64,000 nucleotides of DNA from Octopus vulgaris (GCA_951406725.2 OX597815.1:128278001-128342000), one strand, 5' to 3'; shown: positions 25,294 to 38,582, counted from the stretch's first letter. Notes: generated by a model from the letters alone, not told the origin. Made by a program: numbers and translations.

Positions 25294-25668
25294 GCTGTGT
25301 GCTAAGTAGCTTGCTTACCAACCACATGGTTCTTGGTTCATTCCCACTGCATGACACCTTGGGTAAGTGTCTTCTACTATAGCCTCGGGCCGACCAAAGC
25401 CTTGTGAGTGGATTTAGTAGACGGAAACTGAAAGAAGCCCGTCATATCATCACCATATATGTATGTGTTTGTGTTTGTCCCCCAACGTCGTTTGACAACT
25501 GATAGTGGTGTGTTTATGTCCCCGTAACTTAGCGGTTTGGCAAAAGAGACTGATAGGGTAAGTACTAGGCTTACAAAGAATAAGTCCTGGAGTTGATTTG
25601 CTCGACTAAAGGCGGTGCTCCAGCATGGCCACAGTCAAATAACTGAAACAAGTAAAAGAGTAAAGAGT
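25290..25668 (+). mobile_element. tRNA-derived SINE, family A (head plus tail ending gactgaaacaagtaaaagag)
   Basis: gtggctgtgtg..ggttca.tcccactg head. Related pieces at about 8475-8630(-), 16010-16230, 29600-29750(-), 33695-34020, 34030-34200(-), 45775-45905, 51230-51750, 53418-53575(-) and 63125-63325. Confidence 0.82.
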
Positions 25669-25689
25669 ATATATATAATAAATATCATA

Positions 25690-26068
25690 GTCATGGCTGA
25701 TGCCAGTGTTGCATAACTAGCACCCAAGCTAGTGGCACACATAAAAAGCATTGTTTGAACATTGGACTTCATGGAGGTAGTGACAGATAACCAAGACCTT
25801 TGGTGATATACCATACTTGAGAAGACATGTCAAACCAAGTGAGATCATACTCATGGGTGATGCTGGTGTTATATAACTGGCACCCATACCAGTGACACAT
25901 AAAAAGCACTCACTACACTTTTTGAGTGGTTGGCATTAAGAAGGACATCCAGCCGTAGAAACCATGCCAAATCAGATTGGAACCTGGTGCAGTTCCCCAG
26001 ACAGTTTTCAGTTAAACCGTCCAACCCATGCCAGCATGGAAAACAGATGTTAAATGATGATGATGATG

Positions 26069-26070
<2 letters not shown>
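25690..26070 (+). mobile_element. RTE 3'-end-derived repeat
   Basis: gttggcattaagaaggacatccagccgtagaaac and a (GAT)n tail. Confidence 0.75.
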
Positions 26071-26126
<56 letters not shown>

Positions 26127-26141
26127 CTATATCTATCTATC

Positions 26142-26176
<35 letters not shown>

Positions 26177-26939
26177 ATATATTGTATAAAAGATCATGGA
26201 TAAAGCCAAAACAATGTGAAGTAAATGCAAGGTAAATTACAAGAAGACAAATATGTGAATTGATATAGACTTACCTTGTATTCAATATTTCGGGGTTATG
26301 ACTCCATTTTCAAGAGATTGATGAATGTTGCCAATGTGCATGTGTGCAAGGAGGTTGAATTATTTCTTTTCTACTCTAGGCACAAGGCCTGAAATTTTGG
26401 AGAAGGAGGCCAGTCAATTAGATCAACCCCAGTACACAACTGGTACTTAATTTATTGACCTTGAAAGGATAAAAGGCAAAGTCAACTTCAGCAGAATTTG
26501 AATTCAGAATATAAAGACAGACGAAATACCGCTAATCATTTTGCCTGGCATGCTAACGTTTCTGCCTGCTCACCACCTTATGAGGAGGTTGCATCTTGTG
26601 AAGGAAATGACAAAACATGGTATCAATTGGTAAGCCATGATGGAAAAGATTTATATAACCCATGGAAACATGGAATATCAGACATAAAATAATGATGATG
26701 ATGATCATGAAGATGATGTGAACGAGAGTGTTGAAGTTTGATGGCTAAATGAACCTAATCTGCTTTCAGCTGCAAGCCAATTCTTCAGTGCTTGAAATAT
26801 TTTTTACATTTTCTTTCTTGTGTTCTACGGCAAAGAATTATTATTGTTAACAAATACAACTCATCTCAGTTGATTGAAAACAAGGCATAAAGGTGAGAAT
26901 TCACTTGCAAAGAAAATTAAGAAAAGCCATTCAACTTAG

Positions 26940-26940
26940 T

Positions 26941-26976
<36 letters not shown>

Positions 26977-27013
26977 TTCTTTCTTCCTTCTTCCTTCTTC
27001 CTTCCTTCCTTTC

Positions 27014-27076
<63 letters not shown>

Positions 27077-27078
27077 TT
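26940..27078. repeat. (TTTC)n microsatellite
   Basis: Seen directly in the sequence. Confidence 0.95.
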
Positions 27079-27337
27079 GTGTAGTGCTCAAAGAAGTCTG
27101 TTTAAAATATAATATTAAGAAAATTTATATGCTTTAAATAAAGATCAGAAACAGTCCACACATCTCTTGATATGAAAAAAACAGAGTTGTCAGATAAATT
27201 CCTTTCTTTTTTTCCATTTATCTTAATCCTTTCCAATATTATTTAAATCAACAAAAAAGTATTTTTATGTATTTTGTAGATCTATTCTTCCTCTACAACT
27301 TTTGTTTATCAATACTAAAATTTGAATAAATTTTTTT

Positions 27338-27458
27338 GTTTTATTAGTTTCATTAGTTTTTAGTTTTTATTAGCGTTTTTATTAGTTGTTATTGGTTTTA
27401 TTAGTTCTTTATTAATTTTTATTAGTTTTGTTAGTTTTTTATTAGTTTTTCTTAGTTT
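27338..27458. repeat. Degenerate ~10-bp minisatellite (ttttattagt)n
   Basis: Seen directly in the sequence. Confidence 0.8.
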
Positions 27459-30400
27459 GTTCAAGAGGGAGAAGCTGTGTCGATGGCCTCTTTAGGTCTT
27501 TCAAGTTTAGTAAGATTGATGTCTTTAACATTTCACTTAAATTATCGTATTTTCCTGCATACAAGTTGAACTTTCCCAATCATGATTTACAGTTAAAAAA
27601 GGTAATCAATATAGCCAAAAAAGGTGAACTCCAAGACAATCTTGAAGGACTAAAGACTGCATGTGAAATGCAGTAAGATTTGGAAAGATGGCGACAGTGT
27701 TGGAATGTATACACTACATGCTTACACAAGATACTGCATGGACATGTATGCCAGAAAATAGGATATTGCAAGTTAGTGACTGCAGGGTGGAAATTTTAGA
27801 TGACAGACATTCTGGGAAGAAAAGATTAGACACAGTGAATAGTTTGGGGTATGGAGGTTAGACATAATATAGGTGGTGAGAGGAGAAGAGTTTAGTGTAT
27901 TGAGAGGGCCTGAGTGGAGGTGACCAACCAGTTCTGAAAATCAGGGATCGTTGCAGTAAAGGTAGAAAAAGTAGAGAGAGAGAGAGAAAGAGAGAGAGGG
28001 GAGATAGCATGTCTGTGTGCAAGTAGTTGGAGTGAGTTTGTGAGTGAATTCTTGCCCATCAGTTAAGAGGAATTTCTCTAGATTTTGTCGGGATGTCCGT
28101 GAGTGGCAGCAGCTGCATCCTGGATGTAGAAGCAATACTCCATTGTCAGAATCACCTGAGCTTTGTAAAGAGTCAATAATTGTTGGTGGACAAAGTCTTT
28201 TATGACTCTGAAGAGCAAGGATAGTCTTTGAGATCTTCACAATGTTAAAGATATGGGTTTGCCAGCTGCACACTGCTTATAATCAAGGGGGATGTAGTAC
28301 AATAATATTTTCTTCATATGTGCAGCAATTGTAGTTTGATTTGTTGTTGTTGAAGTAGACAAGACTGATGTGACTCTGTTGGACAATGTTTTTGAGGTCT
28401 CCATTCATGGTGTTAGTATGCAGATTCAACATGGTGTACCTAGGCTGCATATAAATAACAAGTGGTATCATCTGTGTTGGAGTGGGTATTATAGGAGGTG
28501 ACAGCCAGAAGGTTATAGAGGTATAGAAAGAAGAGTATAGGAGACAAAAGCAAACCCCAGAGTACACCACAGTTGATTAAGGTCAGAGAGAGAGAAGAGA
28601 AAGAAAAAGAAGGTGGAGAGAAAGACTGCAGGAGAATGAGGGAGGGAGGGAGGGAGGAGAGAGAGAGAGAAGAGCTTACTGAGTTTAAGGTTTTGGCTCA
28701 GGGATACATTGAGGATTATAAAAAGCAAAACACCAGGGTCAATGACCTTGTTGGGTTTAAGCAACTGGAAGTACTTCTGTAATTGGTGTGTATGCATATA
28801 TGGTAGTGAACCTGGTCATGTGGAGGAGACAGTTTAGGAGGAGACTTATCTAGTGAATGCAATTTGAAGTTGGGCACACAATGGGCAACAAATATAGAGG
28901 CTTTCTCCAGAGGGGTTCTGCACATGGAACTAGCTGTAAGACTCAAACAAAGAAGTGAAATTATTTTGCAGTTTTGTCATGCACTAACAAATTCTAGATT
29001 TAAACAAGAAATTCTGCAAACTTATCTACAGTTCTCTAATTATTTGTAAATTCTTTATTTTTCTGTAAATTTATGGCAACTAGACTATTGTAAAAGTTTT
29101 AGAAAATGCTTTCTCTCTGTATTAATAAAAATCTATATCACAAATGTTTTTTCCAGTTTCTTCATTTGAGGGCTAAAATGTAATAGGGTAACATTTATAT
29201 CTTAAAAAGGAACAATAATTTAATATACTTTACTTATGAAGAAAGCAAGTAATTTTCAATGTAAAATATATATACACAATAAATGAAAAATAACAAACCA
29301 TGTGTAATGAAAGAAAACCCTCATCATCATCATCGTTTGAAGATTCATTTTCCATGCTTGCATGGTTGAATGGACTTTACTGAGGTGGATTTTCTACAGC
29401 CAGATGCCCTTCTTGTCATCAACACTCACCTGTCTCCAAGCAAGGTAATATTTCTCCATTGCCAAAAATGGTTTTGCTAAATATTGGAAATGAATGATAT
29501 TGCTTGTATGACAGTGACACTCTTGTACAACTATCGCATGTTCACACACACACACACACACATACACATACACAAATACATATATATAAATATGCAACAA
29601 GCTTCTTTTGGTTTCTGTCCAACAAATCCTTTCGAAAAGCTTTGGTCATGCTGGGGCTATAGTAGAAGACACTTGTCCAAGGTGCCACACTATAGGACTG
29701 ATCCTGAAACTCTGTGGTTGGGAGGCAAAATTAACCACACTGCCATATCTACATGAATATGAAATTAATTTGAAAAATGTTCCCAGTGTTTCTTGTTCTA
29801 CAACATACATCTATTGATGACAAATATATCCAGTCCAACTTATCTCAGCTGATTTAATGCAAAAGGCAAAGGTGGGAACCAACACGTAGAGAAAATTAGA
29901 ATATATCTCACGTATTTCTTATTTTCTCATGCTTTTTTTTAAAGAGTGGATGAAAATACTTCTGAACAGAGTATAGCACACAAAGTAGGCCATCTAAAAC
30001 ATGGTGTCATAAAAGTTTATATGGTCTAAAACCAGCACTAGTGACAAGGTCATTATATAGTGAATACAATGAAATATTGATATACATCTCTGAAAACGTC
30101 ATCAACAAGTTCAAGCTAAACCTTAATGGACTGGTATTATTACAACAATGTTTTAGTAGGTTGTGGTCTAATTCAGGTTTTAAAAATCAGGGAATTTATA
30201 AATAGGTTTATGACGTTTGTAGTTTATATCTTAGATATGCTTGTTAATTTCTTGTTCTTCATTTATGTATTTAATAATTCTTAGTAAAGGTACATCACAC
30301 ATGTACAGATATATATTCTTCCAACTGCATTTTCTGCCTGTTATCAAGCAGAAAATGGAGTAAACCAGCGACTAGCTCATTAGAAACCCATAACAAAAAT

Positions 30401-30630
30401 TTATTACTGTTCACAAAATCATTTAATCTTTTACCTTACACTTCTTTCAGTCAAAATGCAGTGGCCATACTGGGACACCCCTTTATAGGGTTTAGTCAAA
30501 CAAACCAGCCCCAGTGTAAGTCCGGTATCTATTTTATTAGTCTCTTTTGCTAATTCATTAAATTCTGAGAATGTAAACTAACCATCATCAATTGTCAAAC
30601 AGTGGTTGGGACAAACACAACACAAACACA

Positions 30631-30687
<57 letters not shown>

Positions 30688-30699
30688 GCATACATACAT

Positions 30700-31255
30700 A
30701 TTATATGGGAAAAGGTTCTCATTGAAGATGAAAGGAAAGGTCTATAGAAATTGTGTGAGAGCTGCAATGCTGTATGAGAGTGAGATGTGGTGTTTGAGAG
30801 AGAGAGAGTGAAAGAGAGAGAGGGGGGAGAGAGAGAGATGGCTATTTTGAGAAGGGCTGAGAGACCAATGGTGAGAGAGATGTGTAACATGAGGCTGTTT
30901 GATAAGAGGAGGACTGAGGATGCTGGGGCTGGAGGAATCAGTGGAATGGCTGGCAAGGGTGATAGGAGTGCGGTAGTATGGGCATGTGTTGATGAGGGAT
31001 AGGGAGCATGTTCTGAAGAGGGTGCTAGAGATTGAGGTAAATGAACAGCAAAATCAAGGTAGACTGAGGAAAATGTAGAAGGGATAGGTGGAGGAGGAGA
31101 TTGGGAGGGTTGGCTTGAAAAGGAAGGATGTCTAAGACTGGACAAGATGGCGAGATGGTGTGAGGGCAGTTGCTATGGTATTAGGGTAGATCCGGCCACC
31201 CCTGTTAACGGGGACAAAACCCAGATTCAAAATGATGGATGATGACGATGATGAC
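30700..31255 (+). mobile_element. 3' fragment of a second RTE family
   Basis: FSLKMKGKVYRNCVRAAMLYESEMW, LRRAERPMVREMC and a (GAT)n tail. Confidence 0.85.
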
Positions 31256-31284
31256 ATACATACATACATACATACATACGTATA

Positions 31285-31320
<36 letters not shown>

Positions 31321-31324
31321 TATA

Positions 31325-31712
31325 TATCCAATCAAATGGAAATTGTAGTTGTGACTGATGTCAGTGTCACCTGATTGGCTCCCCATGCCTGTGGCATGTA
31401 AAAAGCACCATCTGAACATGGCCGATGCCACCACCACCCCGATTGGTTTCTGTGTCAGTAGTACGTAAAAAGTTCCACCCAAACATGGCCAATACCAATG
31501 CCACCTGACTGACTCCCATGCCAGTGGCACGTAAAAAGCATCCACTACACTCCTGGAGTGGTTGGTGTTAGGAAAGGCATCCAGCTTTAGAAACATTGCC
31601 AGGTCAGACTGGAGCTTGATGCGGCCTCCTGGCTTGCCGGTCCCCAGTCAAACCATCCAACCCATGCCAGCATGGAAAGTAGACGTTGAATGATGATGAT
31701 GATGATGATGAT
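31325..31712 (+). mobile_element. RTE 3'-UTR-derived repeat
   Basis: Tandem units, conserved tail and (GAT)n. Confidence 0.8.
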
Positions 31713-32256
31713 ATATATATACATGAGTCATCTAAGAGACCATAAGTCAGGGAAAAGATGCACTCATATATCTGTGAGTAGAGTGGGTATCTTATCTGAA
31801 GGGTACCATATATATCCATCTCGGCTGATCTTAGTAACTGGTTTTACACAAGGAAAACAATTGAGTGTTAGGTAGCAATCCAATTATATAACCTTTCGCT
31901 CATCAGAATTAACTGATATGGAAGGGAATATGGTAACTGCTCTCTATAGTTTGAGGTAGATTAGCACAGCCAGTCAGCAGTTACTGTGACAAAGATGGTG
32001 GAACGAAAAAGGGGCCTGGGGATTAATTTAGGAGTTATGTCTCTTTTTCTCAGGGACTTAGGTATATATAGCTGTGTTTGTTGGTCTGTTTTCTTTCTGT
32101 AAAGGATAAAGTCAGTGCGGTGTTATGCTAATGTGCTGTGTGTAATGTGTGTGTGTGTGTGTGTGAAGGGGTTGTGTTTATGTTGGGGTACAATTTGTGT
32201 GAAGGGTACGTGTTAGTGGGAGGCAGTTTAAATATATATATATATATATATATATA

Positions 32257-32890
32257 TACGTAAATATAAGAGAGTTACTGTTAAGTGGTTAACTCTAGTG
32301 CTAGAAATAGCTCCTTATTCTGGTATAGCCACCGAAGTTGTTTCCACAAAAGAAATAACATTACCTCCAGCATATGGAAAGCGATAAATTTAATATACTG
32401 CACTAAATAGTGTGTGCTGTACTCGTTTCCACTAAGTCTTACCATGCTTTTTGGCGGGGAAGCTAAATCACAATTATGTATGCAATCGATTGGACCGCAT
32501 GGGTATTTATCGCCCGTGTGGGTCTAATAAATTGTATTGAAAACAAATGCTGCTGATGATTTATAGATAAATATGTGAGTATAATTGCATAAAGAAACAA
32601 TTGTTGATAAAGATTATGTTGATAAAGAAACAATTGTTCAGCATTAATTTATCTTTTCGTTGTATTTCGCTTTCCATACGTTGGAGGTAATGTTATTTCT
32701 TTTGTGGAAACAACTTCGGTGGCTATACCAGAATAAGGAGCTATTTCTAGCACTAGAGTTAACCACTTAATGGTAACTCTCTTATATTTACGTATAAATT
32801 TGTATTGTCTCCCTGGTTTTTTATGTGCTAGGCCACTTGGTGTTAAACTGATGGTATTATTAAATTAATATCTAATTTTTCACCCTCATT
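32257..32890 (+). mobile_element. Penelope-like pseudo-LTR relic with an inverted 5' copy (arms 32257-32385 / 32667-32793)
   Basis: Near-perfect ~130-bp inverted repeat with a hammerhead in the spacer. Tail shared with 14510-14580; (TA)n on both sides. Confidence 0.7.
32546..32645 (+). ncRNA. Type-I hammerhead ribozyme motif with intact core and GUU site
   Basis: aatgctg-CTGATGA-tttat...ataaa-GAAA-C-aatt-GTT-cagcatt. Palindromic stem III; internal duplication of ataaagaaacaattgtt. Confidence 0.72.
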
Positions 32891-32895
32891 TATGA

Positions 32896-32930
<35 letters not shown>

Positions 32931-33290
32931 TGATGATGATGATGATGATGATGAAGGCACATGTCTCAGTGGTTAGAGTGGCAGACTTACAATTATGAAG
33001 TAGTGAATTCGATTTCCAGCTGGGGTGTGTGCTGTGTTTTGGAGCAAGACACTTTATTTCATTTAGTTCCATTTAACTCAGCTGTAAAAAAGAGTTGCAA
33101 CATCATTGGTGCCAAGCTGTATCAGCCTTTCCTTTTCCTTTGGATAACATTGGTGGCATGGAGAGGGGAGAATGGTATACATTAGAGATAGCTGGCCTTC
33201 CATAAACAACCTTGCCTGGACTTGTACCTTGGGGTAACTTTCTAGATGTAATCCCATGGTCATTCAAGACCAAAGGGGGTCTTTACTCAA

Positions 33291-33335
<45 letters not shown>

Positions 33336-34404
33336 TATATATTGAGTCGAACCAGGGACAGCTGATGAAGGGGAATATTCCTGGTATTGTTTGTCTTGTA
33401 CTCTGTTTTTTCGTTGTTAAAAAAAGTTTGTTTCCTAGTTTGTTTTTATGTTTTTGTTTCTCGTTGAGTTCTACATTTATTTGTGGTGTCCTGTACTCAT
33501 ATATATATATATATATATATATATGCATGTATATATACATGTAGATGTAGGTACATACATATATGTATGTATGTATGCATATATTTTATTTATTAAATTA
33601 TTGTATGACTGAGCGCCCTCGCGTCGTTTCTTTTCTCCATGTAAGTTTTTTTATATATATATATATATATGTGTGTGTATATATATATAGATACAGGTAT
33701 GACTGAGTGGTAAGAAGCTTGCTTCCTAAACACATTATTCCATGTTCAGTCCCACAGTGCAGCACTGGGCAAATGTCACCTACTGTAGCCTCATCAACCA
33801 AAGCTTTTGTGAGTGGATGTGGTAGATGGAAACTGGAAGAACCTGTGTGTGTGTCTTTGTATCTGCGTTTGTCCCCCACCAGTGCTTGACAACTAGTGTT
33901 GGTGTGTTTTCATCTCTGTGACTTAGCATGTCAGCAAAAGAGATCGATAGTATAAATACCAGGCTCTAAAAAAAAAATAAGCACTAGGGTCAATTCATTT
34001 GACTGAAAATTCTTAAAGGCACTGTAAGATATAGTATATGTATATATAAGGCTTCTTTTCAGTTTCGATCTACCAACTCTGTTCACAAGGCTTTGGTCAG
34101 TCCAGGGCTATAGTAAAAGACACTAGCCCAAGTTGTTATTCAGTAGGACTGAACCCAAGACCACATGGATGGGAAGCAAGCTTTTTAATCATACAGCAAT
34201 GCATGATAAAAATAAAGAGATATATTTCAGAACAGAAATGAAAGGACAGTCAGGGCCGGAATAACCGACTTGATCAAAAGATCAACAATAACAACAAACA
34301 CAACAACAATACACAAATTTTGAAAAGTTCCAAGTTCAAAGCCATATTATTTTCCTTATCTCTTATACTTCTATCTACTGTATTAGTATTAGTATTCTAT
34401 TAAT

Positions 34405-34554
34405 ACAGTTCTATATTTAAGAGATGAGGAATTATGTACATTATTTACCTTATTTACATTTGACGGATATTTGTCCTCATCTTGTTTGTTGTTAAGAGCG
34501 CGGGCTACTAATCTCAAGATTCCGAGTTCAATTCCAGACAGTGACCTGAATAAT

Positions 34555-34592
<38 letters not shown>

Positions 34593-34750
34593 CAACAATA
34601 ACAACATTGAAAAATACCTTAGGAATGAGAACCCAGGTTCGAAATTTCCCCAAGACACCTGACACCTGATGAAGGCTGGAGGGTATATCAGCCAAAACGT
34701 GTTAACAAGAAACAAGATGAGGACAAATATCCGTGAAATGTAAATTATGT
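34405..34750 (+). mobile_element. Fold-back element containing a tRNA-like head, (AAT)n and a degenerate hammerhead
   Basis: IR arms 34451-34495 / 34702-34745; B-box-like gagttcaattcc at about 34524; gacac-CTGATGA-a-ggctg..cagcc-aAAAC-gtgtt at 34661-34703. Confidence 0.65.
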
Positions 34751-35169
34751 AGTATTCTAATGTTCTTCACTCTTTCTGTACTGCTGCTTGTCATCACTTC
34801 TTCTCCCCTGTGCCACTTTTATTGACAATCATACATATCACCTTTTCAACTTGTATTCCCCAATGACTACCCCTCCACTCTTGTTTACCATTCACTACAT
34901 CCACCTTTATTTCTCTGACCATTTCTGACTCTCCTCACACATTCTTGAAACCACTACTTACCTACTCTTCCTATTCTTCTGTCCCTACACTCTCTTCTAT
35001 TCCATCTTCTTCTACCTTGAGGGGACATTCTTACACCTTATCACCAATATCTTTACATTTCTTTCAAATTCTACACCTATTACTCCTCCACACACCTATA
35101 TAACATGAGGTAGCCATGTATCTCTTCTACAGCAATAAACCTATTACTGTCCCTTCTATCATACTTTAA

Positions 35170-35389
35170 CCCTTTCATTACTGTATTTATTTTGAGATGT
35201 TCTGTGTTCCTTTCAATTATTTTAGATGTAACAAAGAATTTAGTAAAATAACTTAGTTACCATTAAGTTAGTGTTAGGAACATAAATTGTGACTAAGGTT
35301 TGGTGGAAGATTTTAATTCAAACTTTATGAAAACAAGACATTTGTACTACAGAGCCAGAGCCGGTTTCAGCCGGGTTGGTAACGAAGGG
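35170..35389. mobile_element. piggyBac-type MITE
   Basis: TTAA|ccctttcattac ... gtaacgaaggg|TTAA. Confidence 0.85.
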
Positions 35390-36012
35390 TTAAACTGCCA
35401 ACACATAGCATGAAACTGTCTCTCTTTCTACTAAACTCCCAGTCTTTTTAATGTTGCAATTTATATGCCAATTTGTGCTGATGAAGATTAACTCTCCACT
35501 TGTGATATAAACAGCATGGGAGTTTCTCTCATGATATCTACTGCAGTAAAGTTTTTTCTAACGTCCATATTTAAGAGGGGGATAAATATTACCTTTTGGG
35601 ATTAATACTACCTCTGTCGCATATATATAGATATAAGATCTATAACACCCTCTGGTCATGAATGACCATGGGATTGCACCTGGAAAGTTCCCCTCTGAGG
35701 CACAAGTCTAGGCAAGGTTATTTTTATATGGAAAACCAGCAGTTGTCCACACATACTAGCCTTCCCTCTCCACGCAACCAATGTCATCCAAGGGAAAGGT
35801 AAAGACCAATAGAGCTTGGCATCAGTGATGTTGTAACTCATTTCTATAGCTGAGTGAACTGGAGCAACATGAAATAAAGTGTCCTGCTCAAGAACACATC
35901 ACACAACCCTCTCTGGGAATCGAACTCACTACCTCATGATTGTGAGTCCAACATTGTAACCACTGAGCCATGTGTCTTTTTTTCTCATACAAATATATGT
36001 GTATTATAATCA

Positions 36013-36235
36013 TCATCATCATCATCATCATCATCCTCATTTAACATCCATTTTCCATTCTGGCATGGGTTGGATGGTTTGACTGAGAACTGGTAAGCTG
36101 GGGAGCTGCACCAGGTTCCAATCTGATTTGGCATGGTTTCTATGGCTGGATGCCCTTCCTAATGCCAACCACTCCAAGAATGTAGCAGGTGCTTTTAATG
36201 TGCCACCAGCACAGGTGCCAGTTATGTCAGTTAAC
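36013..36235 (-). mobile_element. RTE 3'-end-derived repeat
   Basis: Reverse complement of the conserved RTE tail, with (CAT)n. Confidence 0.8.
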
Positions 36236-36248
36236 ACTGACATATATA

Positions 36249-36484
36249 TTGGTTTGGTGCATGATTATTGCAGCTTTTTTTTCAACAAATTTTATTCAAC
36301 AAAAACAATAACATGTAACAAAAACATCTTTAAATTATTATTCTGGAGCATACTCACCTTCTACTTCAATTACTTCAATTGCTTCCCATTTGCTTGGCAG
36401 ACAGTCAGACCATCATTAAAAGATGTTTTTGTTAAATATTGTTATCGTTTTTGTTGAAAAAAGCCGCAATAATTATGCACCAAC

Positions 36485-36488
<4 letters not shown>
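36249..36488. mobile_element. mariner-type MITE
   Basis: TA|ttggtttggtgcatgattattgcagcttttt ... aaaaagccgcaataattatgcaccaacccaa|TA. The TIR resembles the Hsmar1/MADE1 type. Confidence 0.85.
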
Positions 36489-36528
<40 letters not shown>

Positions 36529-36529
36529 G

Positions 36530-36867
36530 GTAGGGGGCTCCAAAAGGGGTCTCAAGGAGTAACATCCCTGCCTTTCTGAGCTAGTTTTCCACCACATTTC
36601 TTAAAAATCATGGTAGAGGCCTTGGTCTCAGGACCACTCATATCTAGAAACTAAGGTTGGAGGTAAGCAAGAGCATGCTCCCTTTAGAAAATGCAGCTCC
36701 AAAAATGCCTCATGATAGCAAGGGAGAATGGGCACCAGCCAGCCCAAAGGTTGGGGTGGGATGCACCTGCCTACCTCAGTTGCTATGGCATTGAGGTAGA
36801 TCCAGCTACTCCTGTTAACAGGCACAAAACCCTGATTTAAAACACTGGATGATGATGATGATGATGA

Positions 36868-36870
<3 letters not shown>
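36530..36870 (+). mobile_element. Non-coding element ending in the 3' tail of the second RTE family
   Basis: 36779-36870 matches 31169-31255; no ORF. Confidence 0.7.
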
Positions 36871-36910
<40 letters not shown>

Positions 36911-37009
36911 AATGTATGTGTATTATTTCAATGTGAACAAATAACTTGGAAAAAATAAATAAATAGTTACCAAGTTAGCAAAAATTCACATAAGTACCAA
37001 GGATGTTAA

Positions 37010-37600
37010 ATAATAATGAAATTATTGTATACAGTGCTCAGGTGCACCACAATTTGTCAAAAGTGCGTGTAAAGCATATGCAGTAATGTAGAAATGCCTG
37101 GAAAGTGAACAGTGTATGAGTCAGATACATGCCTGCGTGTGTATGGAGGGGAGAAAATTAGGTGTAGTGTTGGCGAATCTCAGGAAGCATGGAAGTTTTG
37201 AAGGATGCAGTGCCCTGACAACTAACAACTGGTGCCTGCAGTTTGTTCCTTGCTTCAGCAACTCTTAGTGTGAAAAAATGTTTCTGAAAGTCATGGGAGC
37301 GGTGCTGTTTTCTGATTTTGTAAACATGTCCACGGGTGTTAGACAGGTGGAGTTTTAAAAAGTGCTCAGAGTTATTGTTTGTAAGATGGTTAATAATTTT
37401 ATGGGTGTCTGATAAGTCAGCCACCAGACATCAGAGTTTCAATGTATCCATGCCCTGGGAAGTAAGGCCTTCACAATATGGCAAAAGCCTGATGGAGGGT
37501 ATTCTCTTGGTTGCACGTCGCTGAACCGTTTCCAGACGATTAATATACTGGGCAAGATAGGGGTTCCAGACTGGTGATGCAAATTCCATAGCTATATAGT
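37010..37600 (-). mobile_element. CR1-type LINE 3' fragment
   Basis: EFASPVWNPY..RLETVQRRATK, NTRGHVYKI..FFTLRVAEARNKL and an (ATT) tail. Confidence 0.88.
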
Positions 37601-38449
37601 TCCTTGAGAGAAATGTTGTACCTAAGAAGCATCAGTTGTGGTGTGCAAGAGAGACGATTGCTCTGGTATGGTCATGTGGCGAGAATGAATGAAGATAGGT
37701 GTGTGAGAAAGTGCCAATCCCTAGCAGTTGAGGGAACCCGTGGAAGAGGTAGACCCAGGAAAACCTGGGACGAGGTGGTGAAGCACGACCTTCGAACGTT
37801 AGGTCTCACCATGGAAATGACTAGAGACCGAGACCTATGGAAGTATGCTGTGCGTGAGAAGACCCTGGCAAGACTAGTGAAGCCATAACCCGTGGCCCCT
37901 ACCTGGGACGTAGTCAGTCCACCTGTGCATACCTTCCTTCTTGTGACACTTGTGAAGACCTGTTGAGGCAAGTGAAAATCAAATCAAATCAAATCAAACC
38001 AAATCAAAATAGATGAACATCAATGGAATTTGTATCCTTGTGGTACCAGTGCCAGTGGCACATAAGAAAACCATCCGAACGGGACTGTAGCCAGTACCGC
38101 ATCGACTGGCCTCCGTGCTGTGGGCACGTAACAAACACCATCTGATCGTGGCCGTTCGCCAGCCTCGTCTGGCACCTGTGTCGGTGGCACATAAGAAAAC
38201 ACCGAAAACACCATCCAAGCGTGGCCGTCTGCCAGCCTCGTCTGGCACCTGTGTCGGTGGCACATAAAATCACCCACTACCCTCTCGGAGTGGTGGGCGT
38301 GAGGAAGGGCATTCAGCTGTAGAAACACTGCCAGATCTGACTGGCCTGGTGCAGCCTTCGGGCTTGCCAGACCCCAGTTGAACCGTCCAACCCATGCTAG
38401 CATGGAAAGCGGACGTTAAACGATGATGATGATGATGATGATGATGATA
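37600..38449 (+). mobile_element. 5'-truncated RTE LINE (ORF2 C-terminus plus full 3' UTR)
   Basis: RRLLWYGHVARM..GRGRPRKTWDEVV, (AAATC)n, tandem units and a (GAT)n tail. CpG-rich, so probably young. Confidence 0.92.
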
Positions 38450-38582
38450 TAAAGTCTCAGATAGATAGCCAGAGAGCTATCTACTTATAAATGTAGAAAT
38501 TCCAGGGTTTAGTGAAATGATTTTGTATAACATAGATAAATTAAGAAATGGAGTTAAACACAAGTGCTATTCAAATCTTTAT

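Noticed and set aside
26270-26320. Possible UUGAAAA-type hammerhead on the minus strand
   Set aside because: Stem II and GAAA are present, but stems I and III do not pair convincingly.
27940-28570. Possible GIY-YIG remnant of a Penelope-like element on the minus strand
   Set aside because: Too decayed to recover the catalytic motifs by eye; needs a translated profile search.
31878-31918. CTGATGAGCGAAA on the minus strand
   Set aside because: No stem II loop and no properly placed NUH site; at best a deleted relic.
33355-33395. gacag-CTGATGA-agggg motif
   Set aside because: No GAAA strand follows.
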